Shown here: positions 58,883 to 64,000 of the stretch, in pieces
Layout of the letters: each line of letters starts with the position of its first letter
Position numbering within the stretch: position 1 is the stretch's first letter
DNA from: Vulcanimicrobiota bacterium
Lineage (GTDB): Bacteria > Vulcanimicrobiota > Vulcanimicrobiia > Vulcanimicrobiales > Vulcanimicrobiaceae
Assembly: GCA_963812155.1 (NCBI GenBank)
Contig: CAWETW010000001.1
Coordinates: forward strand, 384,001-448,000
Direction: 5' to 3'
Length of the DNA: 64,000 bases
The notes under the pieces: model-generated
The model's database searches: none
What the model saw: the letters and a program-made list of their open reading frames with translations, nothing else
What the model was told of the DNA's origin: nothing
Made by a program: the position numbers and the translations under genes

Positions 58883-59362
58883 CTAGCCTCTGGTCCAGCG
58901 CTCGATCAAAGCGCGGTGCTGTGGAAAGGTGTTCGCCAACGCTTCGCGAGCCGCGATTTCAAAGTCGGCGAAATCGAAGCCGGGACCCACATCGCACCCG
59001 ACCAGCGCGTACGCATTCTCGACCGGCACGTGCGCCGCAAACCACGATCCCGTGCGGATTGCGGCTTGCCAGCGGTTGTGCTTTCCGATGACCATCCGTT
59101 CGTGCCGGCCGCCGGGCTCAATGACGTCGATCGCAACTGGCGCGCCGCGGTAGTGATGCCAGATCTCATCCGAACGAAGGCGATGGAACGACGAGAACTC
59201 GTCTCCGGAAAGCATAAAGTGAATCGACGTGATCGCCGGCCGCACCGCCCAGGGCGCCGTCACGTCGATTTCGCTCCGGAACGTTTGAACGTAAAAGCCG
59301 CCCTCCGGATGCGGTTTCAACGAGAGGCCGGAAATCAAGCGCATCGCTTCGTCCCGAAGCAT
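58883..59362 (-). CDS. Cupin superfamily protein (DUF985 type)
   Basis: LKPHPEGGFY, FHRLRSDEIWHHY.G, LVGCDVGPGFDFADF. Confidence 0.88.
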   Translation of the reverse strand: MLRDEAMRLISGLSLKPHPEGGFYVQTFRSEIDVTAPWAVRPAITSIHFMLSGDEFSSFHRLRSDEIWHHYRGAPVAIDVIEPGGRHERMVIGKHNRWQAAIRTGSWFAAHVPVENAYALVGCDVGPGFDFADFEIAAREALANTFPQHRALIERWTRG

Positions 59363-59458
59363 CGGCTTTAGGCTTGAGCGAGTGGGGACATTTTCCTTCC
59401 GCGCGCAGGATGTACGAATGGGATTGCGCGGCGCGAGCGCGTGTGGCATTATCGCGTA

Positions 59459-59923
59459 GTGAGAACACCTCCGACGACGGCCGGCGCCCTTATGGCCCTT
59501 GCCGCACTGTCGTTCCCGATAGCGATGGTTTGCAGTCCGGCAGACGCGACGGGCACCGTTACCATCGCGCAACACGACGGCACGACGAAAACCTATCGCG
59601 ACGTGGGCATCCACATTCGAAACGCGGAGCTCGTCGTAACGACCGCCGACGGGCAAGGCACCCTCGTAATCGGCAAGGCGGCTTGCACGCGCGAAAACGC
59701 TCTCGTAAAATGCCTGCCCTACGACGCCACACTCTATCAAAACGGCGGAAAGTTTCGCGTTGCGCTGACGTCGGGCACGGTCTGGCTGAACCCCTCGACG
59801 GCGCTGCAGCCCCTCTCCTTCTCGTCCGCGCACCTGCAACCGCACGGCGTGCTGATGTCGGTAACGACGGCGAAGGGAACGTCCGTGTCGCTCACCGGCA
59901 CGATCGACGGAGTCGAACGATGA
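59459..59923 (+). CDS. Secreted beta-rich hypothetical protein; start uncertain
   Basis: Signal-like N-terminus, Thr/Val-rich strands; stop overlaps the next ATG. Confidence 0.65.
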   Translation: MRTPPTTAGALMALAALSFPIAMVCSPADATGTVTIAQHDGTTKTYRDVGIHIRNAELVVTTADGQGTLVIGKAACTRENALVKCLPYDATLYQNGGKFRVALTSGTVWLNPSTALQPLSFSSAHLQPHGVLMSVTTAKGTSVSLTGTIDGVER

Positions 59924-60855
59924 ACGCAAGACACGCTCTAATCTGCGCGATCGCCGTCGCACTCGTCCCCGGCGCGGCCGTCGCCGGCCGCTTCGGCGGT
60001 GGCGGCGGATTCTCACGTCCAGCCGGCGGGTTCGATCTTCATAACGACGCCGCGGCGTCCCATCCCCCGCAGGGCGGGACTCACTCGAGCACAGGACCGT
60101 ACGGGACAAATCGCACCACGTCCGTCTCGAATACGGGTGGCGGCTACAACCGGACGACGACGGCGCAGAACGGTTCCTATAGTCGAACCAGCAGCGGCAG
60201 CGCCAATCAGAACGGGAACTTCTCGCACAGCACTAGCGCCTCGAGCCCGTACGGAAGCCGCAGCGGCAGCACGAGCGGAAACGTGAATAGCGGGAACTAC
60301 TCGCACAATGGAAGCGGGAGCAACGAATACGGCGGCTCGTATAGCAACTCGGGATCCGGTAACTTCAACAATCACACCTACAGCGGATCCGGCACCGCCA
60401 CCAACGCGTGGGGCGAAACCTACCATACCGGCACCTACGTCAACAACGGCTACGCCTATCACGGCGCCTACGTTACCAATCCGGTGTACGGCAGCTATCC
60501 GGTGTGGGGCTGGAACGGCGGAGTCGCGTGGTGGCCGGCGCCGTACTACTGGGGCGGCGGCTTTTGGGGCGCATTCGCGATCGGGGCGACGACTGCCGCG
60601 GTGTACGGCTCGATCGTGGCGGCCAACAACGTGACGTACACGTCGTACGAAGTGCAGCCGAGCAGTCCAGGCGCAAAACTTCTGTCCAGTTATCACCTCA
60701 CGCAGACGCAATGCGGGGCGCCTAACCTCGTCGTGATTTACGGTCCGAACAATAGCGTCATCTGCGCGAATCCGAACGACCTGGTTGCCGCCGGCACCTA
60801 TTCGCTCGACCAGCAAACGCTTACCATCGTTTCGCAGAAGCCTGCCGGGCCGTAA
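59920..60855 (+). CDS. Secreted Gly/Ser/Asn/Tyr-rich low-complexity protein
   Basis: Signal peptide, S/G/N/T repeats, W/Y-rich segment, small C-terminal Cys-pair domain. Confidence 0.72.
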   Translation: MNARHALICAIAVALVPGAAVAGRFGGGGGFSRPAGGFDLHNDAAASHPPQGGTHSSTGPYGTNRTTSVSNTGGGYNRTTTAQNGSYSRTSSGSANQNGNFSHSTSASSPYGSRSGSTSGNVNSGNYSHNGSGSNEYGGSYSNSGSGNFNNHTYSGSGTATNAWGETYHTGTYVNNGYAYHGAYVTNPVYGSYPVWGWNGGVAWWPAPYYWGGGFWGAFAIGATTAAVYGSIVAANNVTYTSYEVQPSSPGAKLLSSYHLTQTQCGAPNLVVIYGPNNSVICANPNDLVAAGTYSLDQQTLTIVSQKPAGP

Positions 60856-60876
60856 GTCTTCACAGCTAGCCTCAAC

Positions 60877-62028
60877 TCACGCGCCGGCGTCGCCGGGCGT
60901 GGTTGCAGTGATCTCCTGCGCCGCCGGCAACCGTAAGACGAAGCGCGCGCCGCCGAGTGGCGACACCAGGGCACGGACGTCGCCACCGGCGCGCTCCGCG
61001 ATCGCCTTGACGACTGCAAGCCCGATTCCGTTTCCGCTGCGCGACGTTTCTGCGCGCACGCCCAGTTCGAAGATGGCGTCGCTGTCGTCGCGCGCAATAC
61101 CGGGCCCATCGTCGTCAACGATGACGACGGCGAATCCGCCGTCGCGGCGGCAGGCGACTTCGACGTTTCCCCTCTCTTCGCAATATTTTACGGCGTTTTC
61201 GACGAGGTTCAGCAGGGCGTGCATGCACAGATCGCCGTCGAGGCGCGTCCAAACCGGCACCGGCACGGAGGCGTGCATCGTGACGCCGCGTTCGCGCGCC
61301 GCCGGCAGAGCGGTTTCGAGCGCCGCACGCACGCAGTGCGCAGCGTCGCAGACGGCGCCGTGCGCCCGCGCCGAAAGATCGAGCATCGAAAACTCGAGCA
61401 TGCCTTCGACGAGACGTCCGAGACGCAGGGCTTCGCGTCGCGCCGTTTCCAGAAAGCGCCGCGCCGTCGCCGCATCGACGTCGCCCGAGAGCAGCGTTTC
61501 GATGTAGCCCCGAATCGAGGTCAAAGGCGTGCGCAGTTCGTGGCCTACCGTCGCGAGCATCCGGCCGTGGCGGCGTTCCCGCGCACCGCGTTCGAGTGCC
61601 GCGTCGAGCGTGTCTGCAAGTGCGGCGATTTCTTCGGGACGCTCCACCCGCCACCAACCGGTTTCCATCGGGCGTCCGGTCAGCATCGCGGTCGCCGCGG
61701 CGGTGCGCTCCAAGGCCGCGCGGACGTCGCGCGCTTCCGGCGCGCGTCCGCTGCGCGACGGTTCGACCAACGCGACGGCGAAACGGTCGCAGCCGTCATC
61801 GTGCGCGAGAAGGTCGTCGCGCCGAACCACGCGCCGTGCCGCCAACGCAAAGGCCGTCGCCGTCCGGCGCTCGAGGCTGCGCGCGCTGCGTCGCCCGGAA
61901 CGCCACGCAAGCTGCTCGAACTCGGGCATGCGAAAAACGAGCACGGGGACGCTGCTTCCGGACTGCAGGTGCACGCCAACCGCACGAGCCAGCGCGTCGA
62001 ACGAGAGCATCGCCGGCACGGCGCCCAA
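60877..62028 (-). CDS. Cytoplasmic sensor histidine kinase (HisKA + HATPase) with a degenerate GGDEF-like N-terminus
   Basis: HELRTPLTSIRGY, NLVENAVKY, DDGPGI, GIGLAVV; no TM segment. Confidence 0.88.
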   Translation of the reverse strand: MGAVPAMLSFDALARAVGVHLQSGSSVPVLVFRMPEFEQLAWRSGRRSARSLERRTATAFALAARRVVRRDDLLAHDDGCDRFAVALVEPSRSGRAPEARDVRAALERTAAATAMLTGRPMETGWWRVERPEEIAALADTLDAALERGARERRHGRMLATVGHELRTPLTSIRGYIETLLSGDVDAATARRFLETARREALRLGRLVEGMLEFSMLDLSARAHGAVCDAAHCVRAALETALPAARERGVTMHASVPVPVWTRLDGDLCMHALLNLVENAVKYCEERGNVEVACRRDGGFAVVIVDDDGPGIARDDSDAIFELGVRAETSRSGNGIGLAVVKAIAERAGGDVRALVSPLGGARFVLRLPAAQEITATTPGDAGA

Positions 62029-62718
62029 CTACGGATACTGAAACTTGTACCCGAAGCCGTGCACGGTCCGCACCATGTGCGGAAGGTGCCACGCACATTC
62101 GGTCTTCAGGCGCACGCGATGGACGTGCACGTCGACTGTGCGCTCGTCGCCGTCAAAATCAAAACCCCACACCTTCTGCAGCAGCCGCTCGCGCGACAGC
62201 GCCACGCCTTGATTGCTGGCCAGTTCCATGAGCAGCGCGAACTCGCGAGGCTTGAGACACACGTCGGTTCCGTCAACGCGGGCTTCGCGCGCGCGTTCGT
62301 CGATTTCCAACCGTCCGAAGGTAAGGGTCGCGCGAGCGCGCTCGTCGGCGTGACCGTCGCGGCGCAGCACCGCTTTGACGCGCGCGACGAGTTCGCGGGG
62401 AGAGAACGGCTTGCACACGTAATCGTCGGCACCGAGTTCGAAGCCGACGACGCGGTCGACCTCGTCGGTGCGCGCGGTAAGCATGACGATCGGCACGGCA
62501 TGGCGTTCTCGCCGCAGCGTCCGAGCGACGTCGAATCCGTCGATGCCCGGCAAACCAACGTCGAGTACCACGAGGTCGGCGACGCCACGAGCCCGCCGCA
62601 GCGCCGCTTGTCCGTCCGACACCCCTACCACGGCGAACCCCTCGCGCTCGAGATGGTGCGTGACGAGGTCGCGAATTGCGGCGTCGTCCTCAGCGACGAG
62701 GATAGTCTGCACGGGCAT
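62029..62718 (-). CDS. OmpR/PhoB family response regulator
   Basis: AEDD, LDVGLP, MLTA, GADDYVCKPFSPREL, ERTVDVH, TVHGFGYK. Confidence 0.93.
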   Translation of the reverse strand: MPVQTILVAEDDAAIRDLVTHHLEREGFAVVGVSDGQAALRRARGVADLVVLDVGLPGIDGFDVARTLRRERHAVPIVMLTARTDEVDRVVGFELGADDYVCKPFSPRELVARVKAVLRRDGHADERARATLTFGRLEIDERAREARVDGTDVCLKPREFALLMELASNQGVALSRERLLQKVWGFDFDGDERTVDVHVHRVRLKTECAWHLPHMVRTVHGFGYKFQYP

Positions 62719-62757
62719 GCTGGGAGGAGTGCCCGCGCGTACTCCGCTGGAGGACCC

Positions 62758-63240
62758 TTAGTGGACGGACGAAGAGGGATTCGCCGCCGGCGAGGATCGC
62801 GGCGCCGCACGTTTCGGCGGCGGACAATCGGCGTCGGCTCGAGCCTTCGCCGCGACGTACGACACGATGCGGTAAACGGAGTTGACGTTCACGTCATAAC
62901 CGCTGCTGGCGTCGTGGATGGTCGCCGGGCCGAGCTCGATTGCTCCGGTGAAGTGGTCGCCGGTGTGGAAGTATGCATTGTCGTCGTTGGGACCGCTCTT
63001 CACGTGCTTGACGATGACGACACGATAGCTTTTCGCATCGGGAGCGGACGCGAAGATGAAGGTGTGGCACTCGCGCGCGAGCGGGACCACGATGGCGGGC
63101 TCGTTGGGGATGTACCAGAGCGTCCACTGTTCCGGAGCGGAGTTGCCGGCGCAACTCGGGAGCACCAACGCGCAGAGACCCAACAGAAGGGCGAGTGACC
63201 GTGACCGGCCGGTTAGCAAGCAGAATAATTCCGAGGCCAT
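62758..63240 (-). CDS. Hypothetical lipoprotein; start uncertain
   Basis: Hydrophobic stretch ending LPSC, small globular domain. Confidence 0.55.
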   Translation of the reverse strand: MASELFCLLTGRSRSLALLLGLCALVLPSCAGNSAPEQWTLWYIPNEPAIVVPLARECHTFIFASAPDAKSYRVVIVKHVKSGPNDDNAYFHTGDHFTGAIELGPATIHDASSGYDVNVNSVYRIVSYVAAKARADADCPPPKRAAPRSSPAANPSSSVH

Positions 63241-63275
63241 TCGCCGGGCTTATTCAGAGCCGACCGAAACCTTCC

Positions 63276-63734
63276 CTATTCGACCGCCACTCCAGCAAAC
63301 GGGCCAAAGGCGGCCGCATGTTCGCGAAGCACGCGGTAGATCGTCGCCGCCGGAAAACCGAGCCGCTCCAGCCTCCGTGCCGCCGAGGCGTATGCGACCT
63401 CCGGGGCCTTGGCAGCTAACGCTTGGAAGGCTGCCGAGCAACGCTCTCGCTCGCCACGGTCGAGGTCGCGCACGGCTTGCGTGGCCGCCGCAGCGTCGAT
63501 GCCTTTGCGCACGAGTTCGCCGACGAGTCGCGCATCACCAACGGCCTTGCGCTTCCCTTCCACGTAGAGTCTCGCGTAGAGGCGATCGTCCACGAAACCT
63601 TGCCGTTTCGCGCGCTCGACCGCCTCGCGTATTTCCGCATCGGTGTAGGGCTTGCGCTCCAAACGTTGCCACAACTGTGCTTCGGTGAGACGCTGGCGCG
63701 CCAGCATCCGCAACGCTGCGGCGTACGCGGTCAC
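63276..63734 (-). CDS. recX: Regulatory protein RecX
   Basis: [30 protein letters not shown]; overlaps the recA stop. Confidence 0.88.
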   Translation of the reverse strand: MTAYAAALRMLARQRLTEAQLWQRLERKPYTDAEIREAVERAKRQGFVDDRLYARLYVEGKRKAVGDARLVGELVRKGIDAAAATQAVRDLDRGERERCSAAFQALAAKAPEVAYASAARRLERLGFPAATIYRVLREHAAAFGPFAGVAVE

Positions 63735-64000
63735 TCCTTTACCGCACCGACCACGACCGAGCCGTTGCGTGATACCGTCTTACCAAGCGCTTCGCGGATC
63801 TTGGCTTCGATCTCGCCCGCCAGCTCGGAATGCTCCTCGAGAAACGCCTTGGCATTTTCGCGGCCTTGTCCGATGCGCTGCTCGGAGTACGTATACCACG
63901 AACCACTCTTTCCGACGATGTTCTGCTCGAGCGCGACGTCGAGAATCGAGCCCATTCTCGAGATGCCGTGACCATAGGTAATGTCGAACTCGGCTTGCCG
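63731..64000 (-). CDS. recA: Recombinase RecA, C-terminal part (runs off window edge)
   Basis: [12 protein letters not shown]...KSGSWY...IGQGRENAK. Confidence 0.95.
   Translation of the reverse strand, partial: RQAEFDITYGHGISRMGSILDVALEQNIVGKSGSWYTYSEQRIGQGRENAKAFLEEHSELAGEIEAKIREALGKTVSRNGSVVVGAVKE

Overview
GC-rich bacterial chromosomal window. It is probably Vulcanimicrobiota/Eremiobacterota-like, inferred only from the many secreted beta-propeller lipoproteins, YGTT-repeat proteins, phosphoesterases and multicopper oxidases. Housekeeping blocks: rlmD-gatC-gatA-gatB-mutS2 (left end), pstSCAB, thrS, nuclease-like gene-hpt-GH125-purA, an OmpR/PhoR-like two-component pair, and recA-recX (right end). 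Accessory content includes a PHA storage locus (phaB-phaC-XRE regulator-amino-acid oxidase-phasin-like gene, plus a second phaB), hydrolases/oxidases and transporters. Most notable: (1) three tandem cassettes, each a REP-like palindrome array plus a conserved leader plus a beta-propeller lipoprotein gene, with patchwork identity between copies and an inverted REP nested inside another REP; (2) a PHA operon whose regulator resembles the actinobacterial lipid-droplet regulator (Rv0474/MLDSR type) rather than PhaR; (3) purA apparently starting at CTG; (4) a ~101-bp MITE-like element; (5) a phosphoesterase paralogue with degenerate metal-binding motifs; (6) several gene relics. Seven genes carry apparent single-base insertions, including essential gatA, so these are most likely sequencing/assembly errors. 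No rRNA, tRNA, CRISPR array, transposase or integrase was recognised.
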